DNA of 64,000 nucleotides from Trichinella spiralis (taxonomy: Eukaryota). The stretch spans positions 1 to 64,000 of the forward strand of contig NW_003526944.1 of assembly GCF_000181795.1 (NCBI RefSeq), written 5' to 3'. Shown here piece by piece: positions 31,464 through 43,133 of the stretch (position 1 is the first letter of the stretch; every line of letters begins with the position of its first letter). The notes under the pieces were generated by a model, which worked only from the letters and a program-made list of their open reading frames with translations, had not been told where the DNA came from and searched no databases. Position numbers and translations under genes: made by a program.

Positions 31464-33235
31464 TTAATCGACGTAATAGTTGCTGAACGCTTGCTGCGTA
31501 ATGCGAACATAATTTTGTTTCTCTTCTTCAGTCATGGTGTTTACCAGTGAAGGATTACTCATCAATTCTTCTAATGTAATTGGTCTACCTTGTACAGTAA
31601 CCTTCAGTTCCTCCTCTTCCTCAACGAATTCGTCATCACTGTCCTCATCGTTAGCATCCGTTTTGTCTTGAACAGCAAACGCAGAAAAAGATGAACTGGA
31701 AGGAAAGGAAAAGTTGCTTCTACTTTCATGCACTAATAGTTTTTTCACAATATCATCGCCACGATCCACATGCTGAACTGATGCGTTCTGTTGTCCGGCG
31801 CTGATATCTGGTAAACCAGCTGCTGAACCACGAATGGTACTGTTTTGCAACCACGCTGGTATTTCTTTCTGAACTACTTTCGACCCTGCTTTGCTGTCCG
31901 TAATGATTAGTGTGTTCGGCGTTTCTGTACTGCTAGAACCAATTTCAAAGCCCCGCTGTCGTGCAGTTAAATCTACGCGTTTAGATGAATTTTCCCGCGC
32001 TTGGCGCAGCTTCGATGGTGGTTCTGGCTCTAGCAAATGACGTGCCAATTGAACACCTTGCAGCGATCGCAAAATCTCAAACACAGGCCAAAGTTGTTCA
32101 TTAAATTTCGCCAGACCAGATCTGTGCAAACAGATTAAAAAGCATTTCACAAAAATTCTACAAACCACAGAATAATGTTCGTTCACCTTGATAATTCTAC
32201 TTCTGTTGGAAGCTCATTCTCTTCTACGATACTGTAACAGAAAATGCATTTCATATTCTCCCCGTTCCAAATTAAATCTATTCGTTCAAAATTTAAAAAA
32301 ATATTAAGATTGACAAAATATGATATTGCACTTACTAATATCTAAGTCGGAATAAAGTTTGTCGCAAGATGTACATTTAAACGAAGAACGATTGGTAACA
32401 GATTTTTGTTGAGATTCTAAACGCTTTCTAAATTAAAAACAAATAAATAAAAACGCCATATTCACACCATTCTCATACTAACCTCATATTCTCCAACTTG
32501 TACTTAATCATTGTAATAAAAGATGGATAGCAAATGTAATAGTAGTTAAATCGTAATGGACGACCTTCTGGACGAGGTTCCAATTCTTGGCGTTCTTTTA
32601 TTATTTTGTCGGTTTTCAAAGAAAGCAAAAACTAAAATATTGAGATCGTTATGAACACTAATTGTAAAGAAATGTAAAACTAACATGTGAAAAATATGAA
32701 CTGTTTATCACATTCGACAAAAATTAATTTCTCCTTTCATTTGATAAAAAGGCAGTAGTGAATAAAAACTAATTATTAAAAGAATAATAACTAAATAGTT
32801 AATAATAACAAAAATATTAAAAATCATAATTTCTTGACAAAGCATCGACTAAAAACATTCGAAAAAATATATAAAATTATTACACCACAAAATAATATTC
32901 CTTGTTCATTAATCAGCTACAGCACAGCAATTAAGAATTCGAAACTTACTACTCTTAATTGTTTTGGATCAAACTTTAACAAATCTCTCAATTCTTCTTC
33001 TCGCATACTCACATTGCGAATCAACATGTCAATAATCAAACCTAACAGTTCGAAGAAAATATACATTTTATAGAGTCATCATTCAAATCAGATAAAAACA
33101 GATACAATACAATACAATACAATACAATCATTCCGTACCACATTCAGGACCATAAAAAGCTCGAGTAATCATACGAGTCAGCCTGAGCATTGAATCAGGA
33201 ATTTCATCCAGAAGACGAACCTCACCTTTTGACAT
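31464..33235 (-). CDS. GTF2E1: General transcription factor IIE subunit alpha
   Basis: Exons give MSKGEVRLLDEIPDSMLRLTRMITRAFYGPEC, LIIDMLIRNVSMREEELRDLLKFDPKQLR, NYYYICYPSFITMIKYKLENMR, zinc ribbon FKCTSCDKLYSDLD..MKCIFC, LAKFNEQLWPVFEILR..LLEPEPP, KEIPAWLQNST, and an acidic C-terminus with VTVQGRP..MTEEEKQNYVRITQ. Confidence 0.92.
33104..33128. repeat. (CAATA)n pentanucleotide tandem repeat in TFIIE intron 1
   Basis: ACAATACAATACAATACAATACAAT read directly from the sequence. Confidence 0.85.
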
Positions 33236-33624
33236 TTCTATCTTCTTTCAAGAAAAAATAACATTAACAACAAAACCTATGAAAAGAAATAAAAATACAA
33301 AATAAAATCATTTCATAAATATTAATAACACTGATAAAAACAGAAATATACAGAGAATTTTAACTTTACAACACAGTTAAGTAAGCAACATTTAAATGCA
33401 GTATGTAAAATAAGAGTTCTACAGTAAACAACTACTTTAAAGAAATTCAAGTTTATTTTGTATACAGTAGAATATATTATAAATAGAAATAGAGAATGAG
33501 AAACATTTATCAATTTATCTTTTGTTGGAAAATACTCTAAATATAAATATATTATTTTTCGCAAACAATTAAATTTAAACATATTCCAAAGTTTACAAAA
33601 CAAAATTTCTACGTATTTAAATAA

Positions 33625-33995
33625 TGGCACAATTTGTTGAAACTTACCACTTTAATTGCCTTCAATTCGATGTACGCTTGCATCAGTATTATGCACAGCA
33701 TATCATCTGACATATTGAAAGAAACTCTATTTTCTTCCCAAAACGAAGATGACCAAAAACAACAACCCTGATCCAACCACCAGAGTAATCACAATTGTAA
33801 AACTGAAAATCAGGCAACAAACTACTGGTGTTTTAGGCACAGTTGCTTGCTGCAGTCATGTGCATGCAGGCAGAAGCATGCGCATAATAAATACACCAGT
33901 GTTAGTTTAAATTATTTCAGCATTTCAAATTATAACAGTCTTTTTTTTCCAACAATATGCGTTATATTAGAATTCTTCTTTTTTCTAAAATACAT
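33625..33995. repeat. Dispersed repeat, copy 2 (direct repeat of 27800-28141)
   Basis: Collinear with copy 1, with scattered substitutions and an extra ~18-nt segment (AACAACCCTGATCCAACC) near 33761. Confidence 0.85.
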
Positions 33996-35268
33996 CGTAT
34001 TTGAAAAGTGTTCCAAACATTCTAATAAAGAAATTGCAAGCAGAAAATCTAACAGTCCGTTGAACGTTCTGGTCATTGCATGATTTCAAGAAAAATGACC
34101 TCCAAGTTCAATCGATAAAATGTACGCCTATCTGACTAGTTTGCTTGAATTTTGCGACAGCTTGGCATTTGTTCTTGTTTAAAGTGGAGTATTTTCCGTT
34201 TATAACATGATTAAAAATCGACTTCACTCTTGAAAATAAGTTTTTCCTCAAATAAGCACACAAGTATTATTGAATTTATAAATTTAGAAGCACTCGATAA
34301 AAAAAAACTAGCAGCCGTGTGTAAATTTTTCTGCTTTACACCAATTGATAAATGTTGATTATAAAAAATTTACTTTTGGAATGTTGTAAATGTTGTAAAA
34401 CAGTAAACATTAAAATTATAAAAATACTCACTCTCTGAAGAAGTAATTTGTGAAAATATTTCTATTATAATTGATAATAACCGGAGATTAGCTGCCTAAT
34501 CAAAGTATTAAGATTTGCATTGGATTTCCACTTTTCTGAGCTAAAAAATTTTGCAAAAACAATTATGCGCTATATTTGGTTTTGTTTACATGTATTAACC
34601 TAAAATGTCATATATTTAAAATAAATTGTGAGTTCGAACCTTCCTATGCAAATTTATGATACACTTGTATATTACTAATTTCATTATATGATAAGATGTA
34701 AGTAATCTTAAAATAAAATTACAACAATTCATGCATAATTGACAACTCCTGCATTAGGATAATAAAAATAATTTAAAAAGAAATGTTTTTTTCTAGAAGT
34801 CATTCTTCCTTATTTCATTAGTCTTTTCTAGGAGCTGTCGAAACAAGCTTGTTATAGAACAATTTCTCAATTTTCAATGATTACATTCGAGAAATGTGCA
34901 TCGAGAATTTGGTAAATAAAATAGTCGACAATAATTTGTGAATAAGGCACATTGAGAAACGTGTTTTTCAATCTTGATCAGTAAAAATTAACATCTTACG
35001 TAATCGACACAACATATCGTATCATATACGATGATCGAAATGGATCATTTGCTATTTTCTAGGTTCCTGTTCTTCATTTAGGCGAATCCAGAATAGCGCT
35101 GAGGCGACGGCCAGTGCTGCAACAGTTTATTAATTTACTTATAGCAGTAAAATTCAAAATCAAACATACTTTTGTCGTTCAATTTCATCAATTGACAAAA
35201 CGTACTACGCGCATAAAGAAGAAAATTTTGCAAACATTTCTACTGCAACATTTGCATTGTTAACACAA

Positions 35269-36985
35269 ATGTGCTCATTTAAATTGCCATTTTTGAAAAA
35301 ATTCACATTGCCAACATGGAAATGGACAAATTTAATGCTCACCGTTTTAATGGTTAGTGCAGGAGGGTCTTTTCAACTTTACAATTTCGGTGTAGTAAAT
35401 TTACCGCACATGACAATTCAAAGATGGATAAATGAAACATTTGCATCAAGGACTGGAAGTCTAATGCCTGCTGCACAGCTGGATGCATTTTGGTCAGCGT
35501 TGGTGAGTTCTGTTTCTTTGGGTGCTTTCATTGGAAGTTTATGTGTTTGCCCACTTGCTGAGAGATTCGGTCGGAAAAGCAGTCTTTTATTTATTTCTTG
35601 GCTGAATGTTTTCGGATGTTCGCTAATTGCCATCTGCAAACTAATCCATGCACCTGAATCGCTTTTTATAGGTCGCTTAATAATCGGTATGCAATTCATT
35701 TTACAAAAATGTCAAATTTCAAATTTACATTTACTTTTTCTAGGATTTTGCATGGGCGTCATATCTGGAATTGCACCATTATATTTGACCGAAATTGCGC
35801 CATCTTCGCTTCGTGGTGCCGTAGGAAGCTGCCATCAGACATTTATCTTATTGGGTGATTGTTTGTCACTTCTGATTCCACTTCCATCAGTACTGGGTAG
35901 TGAGCAAAACTGGCCATTGGCGTTCAGCTTCACCGCCATTCTTGGCTTAGCATTGGCCCTGTATTTACCGCTAACTCATGAAAGCTCAACTTGGTTGTTT
36001 ATCAAGCGTAACAATAAAGAAGCCGCTTTTCGGTCCATTGATTTCTTCATCAAAGATTCAAAAATAGCCAATGAAAAACGAGAACAACTAGAACGAGAAC
36101 ATCAAATGATAAGATACTTTCAAAGGAAAAAAAAAGAACAATCAAAATCCAAGCTTTACAATTTGTTCCATCGATCAGAGCTTCTCACTCCACTCAAAGT
36201 GGTCGTCGTCGTTATTTTCGCCCAACAATTTACCGCCGGTCCAGCTATTTTTTCATACTCTACGGATTTATTTGTTACAGTAAGTATCGGATTTTATTTT
36301 ATTTTTACTTTAGCAGTCATTCATTGGATTATAGGCAAAATTATCATTGCCAGTTGCCCAATACAGCACTCTGGCGTTGGGAATCATGTGCTTCTTCACT
36401 GCATTGCCAGCGTCATATTTAATTGAGAAAATTGGTCGTCGAAAACTGTACTTGGTTCAACTTATCGGCTGCTTCATCAGCATGCTGCTCATCTCTATTT
36501 TCATGATGCTGCAAACACATGGTCACACTGAGTGGACATCTTACGGAATAATTGGAGCTGGACTGCTTTACATGGCTGTATATGGCGTCGGTTCATCAAT
36601 TCCATGGATCATTAGCGCTGAATTGTTCACAGAAGATTACAGGTCAATTGCCGTTTCCATAAGCACAGCACTGACTTGGCTGCTCAGCTTTGTCAGCACT
36701 CTGCTTTTCCTGCCTCTGAAGGACGCCATTGGCGGACACTTGTGCTTGTTGCCATTTTTGCTCGGCTTAGGAATATTCACTGCACTGATCAGCGTCCTTT
36801 TACCAGAGACGAAGAACAAAACTATCGAAGAGGTGTTACGGGATTTTCGACGTCGCCGTCAGAGTCTCAGCTCTTTCGGGTCGATCGTCAGTCTCGGTAT
36901 AATTGGTCAAGAACCACAAATATCAACAACACTGGAACCAAAATCTTCCTCCATTTCCATTATCGCACAACAAGCAAAATCTTGA
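35269..36985 (+). CDS. SLC2/GLUT-family facilitated sugar transporter-like MFS protein (3 exons)
   Basis: Sugar-porter motifs ERFGRK, PES..IGRLIIG, PLYLTEIAP..LRGAVG..HQ, ESSTWL, QQF, IEKIGRRKL, IPW..SAELF..YRS, LPETKNKT. Introns at ~35687-35742 and 36280-36333. Confidence 0.92.
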
Positions 36986-37360
36986 TTACATTACCACTTT
37001 TCTTCAAATCCTTTCTACCAGACGATTGATATCTTCATTCGATCATACAATTTGCACCAGTTGATTCTGTTTATTCAAAATTTAATTTCTTTTGTAAAAC
37101 AATTTGTCAATTTTGTTACCAATCCGTATAATGAATCTCTTCAATTCACTGTCTCAACACAACAACTGCTGTAAAATAAAATCAACTCCACAATTTTATT
37201 TTATAAGTTGAATATAATTAATAATCGCACAATAAATACCCTTCACAAATAGTAACATGTAATTGAATTTCAAATACGTAGGAAAGATACTGAATGAGAC
37301 ATTGTTGTCGTCAAATAACGGCTAAGTACTATTAGACCAATAGCTGTGTGCAATCATTAT

Positions 37361-40300
37361 TCATTCATAAAGCTTGCTCTCCGACATTCCGCCATACATG
37401 GGCAATGTCTTTCCGACATACTGATTCATGCTACTACTGTAAATACTTGAAGAATAGCCCATTTCTGATCCAATCAAATCACGTGGTGGACATAAACCAA
37501 TTGAACGAGACATGTCATGCATTCGATGTGATGTTATTTCTGGTCTCAACATCATTCTTGAATCATCTAGGCGATCTGTCATTTTTAAACTGCCTCGACC
37601 TCCACGTGGAGTAAAATAACTTCCGAATATAGGACCACCCCCAGTATTAATGAACAACTCAATATAGCGTTCTCCTGTAAAAAGAAAAACATGTATTTAA
37701 AACAACACTAAAATAAATAAATAAACATATATATATATATTAAATACAAACCCATGGTTTTCCTATCTTTTTTCAGTGCTTCCAAAGCATCAGATTCACA
37801 CTGAAATTCCACGTCCGCTTCGCCAGTTGGACGATTTCTTTCGTCAAACAAAATGCGTACGTTCATAATTTTTATAGGATAGAAAAACTAAAAAAAAACG
37901 TACGACAACTCTGCTACAAATCGATAAGTAACGGATTCATGACAATTTATTAATTTATTTATAACCTCACATTATGGGATCCTCCTTCCATTTATTCATT
38001 TAGATTATTTTCCCCAAATACAGGCTTTCCAATCGAGTAAATGAATCGCTTATACAAAACAGTTTCCAAAAAAGACATTCTTGGAAATTTCATTTCGAGA
38101 TGAAAAATATTCACATTTCAATAAATCATAAAAACATAAGCACTTATTAGCGATAAATAATTTTGAATGTTCGGTGTTTTTGTAAAATGTATATATAATG
38201 TGTGTGCAAGCACATAAGCGTTTCAGCAATTCGCATGTTCTGAATGAAGGGTAATTCGTAAAGAGTTTTCGCGCAGTAAATAAACATAATACTTATCATA
38301 CAAACTACTGACCCGTAAACATTACGCTTAGCTTTTGCCTTCCCCCAACAACCATGCACATTTAAAAACAGCAAATAAATGTATCACCCTGTGCAGCAGC
38401 TTACTTCCATAATGTCATTGGCGGTAGCCTTATAGGGTAGTCCCCTCATATGCAAGGCGAAACCAGCGCCCCGGCCACCCATGCGACCGCCAAAACTTGC
38501 TCCCTGGTCGTAATATCCTCCACGAGGATTAATTGGTGAACTTGTAAAGAAGTCGTCATTATACATGCTTCCAGGACCACCGCCTCGGTAACCGGCTGTA
38601 TCATAATAGCCCCTGTCGTGATCCACAATCCTGCCACCACCATCTCCCCAACCTGTAGATACAAAATTAGTTGAAAATTCCTTTTCATAATGGCAAGCCA
38701 TCAAATATAAAAGCAAACACTACCAAAGTCAGGCTCTTGAAGGGGGACATCAAGCAGAGAGTATGGGCCAGGTCGCCCACTGCCGCTTCTCCCGTATTTA
38801 CCCGCCATATGCTGCGGTCGTCTAGTGACCCGATCCATTTCTTCCATCGAACTGCGAAACACTTCAATGTACCTATACAGAGAAAACGCTCCACTTCCAG
38901 AAAAATGAATGAATTTTCAAAAAAAAACACTGAACGCATCACTGCTTCTGTATTTTGTATATCAAAATTCACATACAGTCAACAACTGTACCCGAACAAA
39001 ATAAAGAAATGACCAAAAACTAAATAACACATTTCCAATTAATCAATGTGAACTAGTGTTTCGTAATAATGAAAATAATAACACGATAAAAACACTGACC
39101 TATGACCAATTTTTTCCATGTGTCGGTCTAAAGCTCGTTCCGTAGCTTCTTTGTTCGAAAATCGAACAAATCCTTCTCCACTAGCACGGCCACTATTATC
39201 TTGTCCAAATCGAATATCATCAATGGAATCAGAAATATCTAAAATACATCACATATGCATAAAACAAAAAACGTCAATAAGTTTGCAAAAAAGTACTTTG
39301 AAAAAAACTAAAAACATCATCTTTGCTACAATTGTAAGGTAAACCACGAAGACGCACAACATTTTCCATTGTTCCTAATCCAAAAGGTTTGCCGCTTCTT
39401 TGCAAAACGTATTCCATTTCCGATCTTTTTGACATAAATACTAGAAAAAAAACATCATGATATTCCATTAAGAAGCACAGTAATACAACAATGCAATACC
39501 CTCTATGTAACGCTGACCCATATGCTCACGATGATGACGCAAAGCTTTGTCGACATCGTCTGCAGAGCCAAATTCAAGATATGCCTCTCCACTAGGTCGA
39601 CCTTCTTTAGAATAAGTAAAATGAATACCAATTATATCACTGCAATCTAGAAAATATCATCAATATGCTAAATGACATAATATATAATTACACTACAAAA
39701 TATACTGAACTCAGGTGTTAAAAGTCTTAAAAACTATTTTACTGCAATAACTGCAATTATTACAACTATGACGAAAACCATAAAATGGTTAAAGTTAATA
39801 TTCAAAAAAAAAAAACAATAATATTAAATTCACATCACAGTAAATTACTAAATTCATTCACCATTTAAAATTAAGAAAATTTACTCTCTTTCAAAGAAAT
39901 TTCCAAAAATTTACAGCTATGCTTGCAGTCGCGTCATACAAAGATTTCATCTTCTTCTTCAAGATATTTTCATCCATTTACAATTACAGTTGTAAAATTA
40001 AAAGAACAAGACAGAAAAACTGAGAATAATTTTTAGAGTACACTTTAAAATATACTTTAAAAGTACACAAAAATAGTGCATAAAGGCAAGCAAATGAATA
40101 AAGTAGAGGAAAATGATCAGATCAAATAATGACAACTAGAAAAATCACATCTACGTTAAATACTACACAAAACTCAAATATAATAACAAATAAAAATGTA
40201 CGCACCCGTAACAAAACATATGTCTATTTTCAGCAAATAGCTAACCAAAAAATTTTTCCAATAATAAACAATTAAAAAGTTCATCGTCTTTTAAACAATT

Positions 40301-40557
40301 ATAATAATTAGATAAAAAAACAATAAGAAAATAAAATAGTGACTGTTTAATAATAAAACATTTCCTAAATAACTAACAAAATCAAATACAAAGAAAACTA
40401 TATGAACAACAAAATTACCATGGAAAAATTTCCTAATATCTTCTTCTTTTGACGACCAGGGCAAACCACGCACACGAACTACATGCTCGCCTGAAGAAAC
40501 CCTCATTCTGTTCTCATTGCTATTTCCAGAATTCTCACTTTTTATGTTATCAACCAT
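37361..40557 (-). CDS. hnRNP F/H family RNA-binding protein (three qRRMs; glorund/HRPF-like)
   Basis: qRRM1 VVRVRGLPWS..EGRPSGEAYLEF..HREHMGQRYIE; qRRM2 VVRLRGLPYNCSK..GRASGEGFVRF..HMEKIGHRYIEVF; GYR/RGG linker; qRRM3 LHMRGLPYKAT..RPTGEADVEF..MGERYIELF. About 8 exons. Confidence 0.93.
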
Positions 40558-43133
40558 ACTGAGGAAAAGCAACAGACGAACAGAAACTCAAAAAGCAAAA
40601 GCAGTGCACTGAAAGCGGATCAATAATTATTCATTACTGTAGAAAAAAAATAATACTTGAAAATTAATAAGTTACTCTCACTCATGAATAAAAAAAAATA
40701 ACAAAATTTTAAATTGTTTCATCAAAAAATTTTAATTAACTTTTTAAATGATCAAAATCAATATAAAGTAATAAAATTTAATTGAATAAAAATAAGAAGC
40801 AGTACCGATTTTAATTTGCTTTCATTATTTATTATGTGCTACTGCATTTTGTTAACCGAAATATAATTATGTGATAATCCATTTTTTATTTTAAAATTTC
40901 ATATAAAACTACATGATCTGATAATTAAAATGCTAATTATAAAAAAGGCAGATTTGATAAACAATGAGTTACTGTAATTATGATGATAGCAATTCATAAT
41001 TTTATTTAAAATTTGAAATTAATATGAAAGTTAAAAATTGAAGAATTACATAATATTTATTTTCATATATATTTTATTTATTTAGCAGATTTATAATATA
41101 TATATTTTTTACATGCTTTTTTATAGTATTACAGTATTATAACAATGTGAAGTTTAGGAAAGAGAAAACTCGGTTTCAATAAATGAAATTGTTTAGTTAT
41201 AAAGTATTTATCGAGAAATAAATTTAAATTTTCACCAAATTTTTTTACTTTTATAACAATACAAAGTTTTCATAAGAGATTTATGTATAGAAAAAATGAA
41301 ATGATCAAGCAATTTCTTCACCATGCAAAACTGCACGCTTCACGAATAGTTGAAGTTATTGCCGTGAGTGTAAAACTTTTAATGATGAGCGAAACAAACA
41401 ACCGAAAAACAGATTACAACAATAAAATTATAATTGTACGTAGCATCAAAATTTAATACCCTATTCCAGCAGTGTGCTATAAAAAGAAAAATGAATGTTA
41501 TAAAAAAATGAATAGACTGACTGGGAAAAATGTAAACTTAAGTAAGCCGTTGTTTCCAACACGAATTCCATTTATGATAACACCCACCCATTTTGGTAAG
41601 CCAATTGGTTCCATGAATTCATAATATTTTGGGTCATTTGGTTGAAAACCTTTTAGAATGTTCCAGTTTGAATAAGGAGTTAAATACTAAAACTTTTCTA
41701 AACTGGTTATTTAAAAAAAATAATAGCATTCATTACCGGATCAAAGCCGGGTATCGACTGCGAATTAGGCCAATATGGAAAATTTGGAAAAAGATGTGCA
41801 ATCCCAGGTGTTATTCTGCATAATATTGCAATGATAATAGTGAAAATAAAACATAAATGCAGTTTGTATCGCTTACACTAATGGTAGTGAAAAACAGCAC
41901 TCGTGCAGCAAAAAAAAGCATACACTGATTAAAAGAATTCTCATCGAAGACCTAAAAATTTAAAAACAAGAATACAATAATTAAAAAGAGTGATTAAATA
42001 AATAAGAAAATAAAATATGAAATCACATTAAGTGGAATAAATAATATATGCAAAATGAAAAGATGAAAATGGTGTCAGAAAAGCAGTCAACTGATTCTAG
42101 CTGTCCAAATATGATCAGCTCGACATCATTAATTAAAACGTCAACTGCAATTTCAGAAATAAAATTTTCAAAACAAGAATTTATCATACTGCAGTGAAAA
42201 GTGCATCAGAAGAAAATTAGAATCTGGAAATTTTAATTGAATAACAAAGATGACAGGCAATTTTAAAAACGATATATATTTTCATTCAGTTCAACATCAT
42301 GCATTTTCCAGTGTGTGTTCGTGGCGTGATAATTGCCGCATTGATATTTTTTCCATTTTCGTATGTTTTTTTTAAAAAAAGCAGTACTATCAATTAACAG
42401 CACCAAAAAACATATTATACATTTTAGGGTTGAATCATCAAAAAGCAAAGCTCAAAAATTATTATCAAGATATAAACGTCAAAATTTAGAAGTTGCAAGA
42501 TACGTAAGTGCAAAACAATTATTTTATTACTTACTTTGCAGAAAGCAAAATGAATTATATTTCACGTTTGTTCACTGTTTCATTTAAAATTGAAATAGCA
42601 GCTATAATTCATGGTTGAAGCACTCTTGTATAATACTTTATCCTGTAATCCAGTTGGATAGTTGGTGAATTAGAAAAAAAGTAAAATAAATTCGCCTAAG
42701 TACTACTTTACCAAATTGCATCGCTTTTGTTGTATACATCTGTTAAGTTTAAATTTAATTTTCCCTAAGTGAACAGTTATTCATAAAATATTTTTACTGT
42801 TTTTGCATCAGATGAAACATTAACTTTTTCAGAATAGAATTTGCTGTAACCCACTGTACAATGCCATCTATCCATATCGAACCTATTTATTTCCCTACAC
42901 TGGGGGAAGCTACGAATTAGGACCATTTTTGACTCGGCCATTACTTGGCAGCACTGGACAAATATACGAATGCCCTCTTGCTTATTTGCTGCATCGAAAT
43001 ACTGGATTCATGCAATCTATGTTTAATCATGTCGAAATCGCTAGACTTCACGAACCACAGATATAATAAAAACAATGTGCTGTTATTTCAACGATACATG
43101 CAAAAATAAACTGCTGAACGATGCAAAGTACAC

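Noticed and set aside
34630..34645. GTTCGAACC B-box, suggesting a tRNA or SINE
   Set aside because: No A-box or cloverleaf around it.
38220..38300. Possible intronic C/D snoRNA (ATGATAA...CTGA) in the hnRNP intron
   Set aside because: Imperfect C box, no terminal stem and no recognisable rRNA guide.
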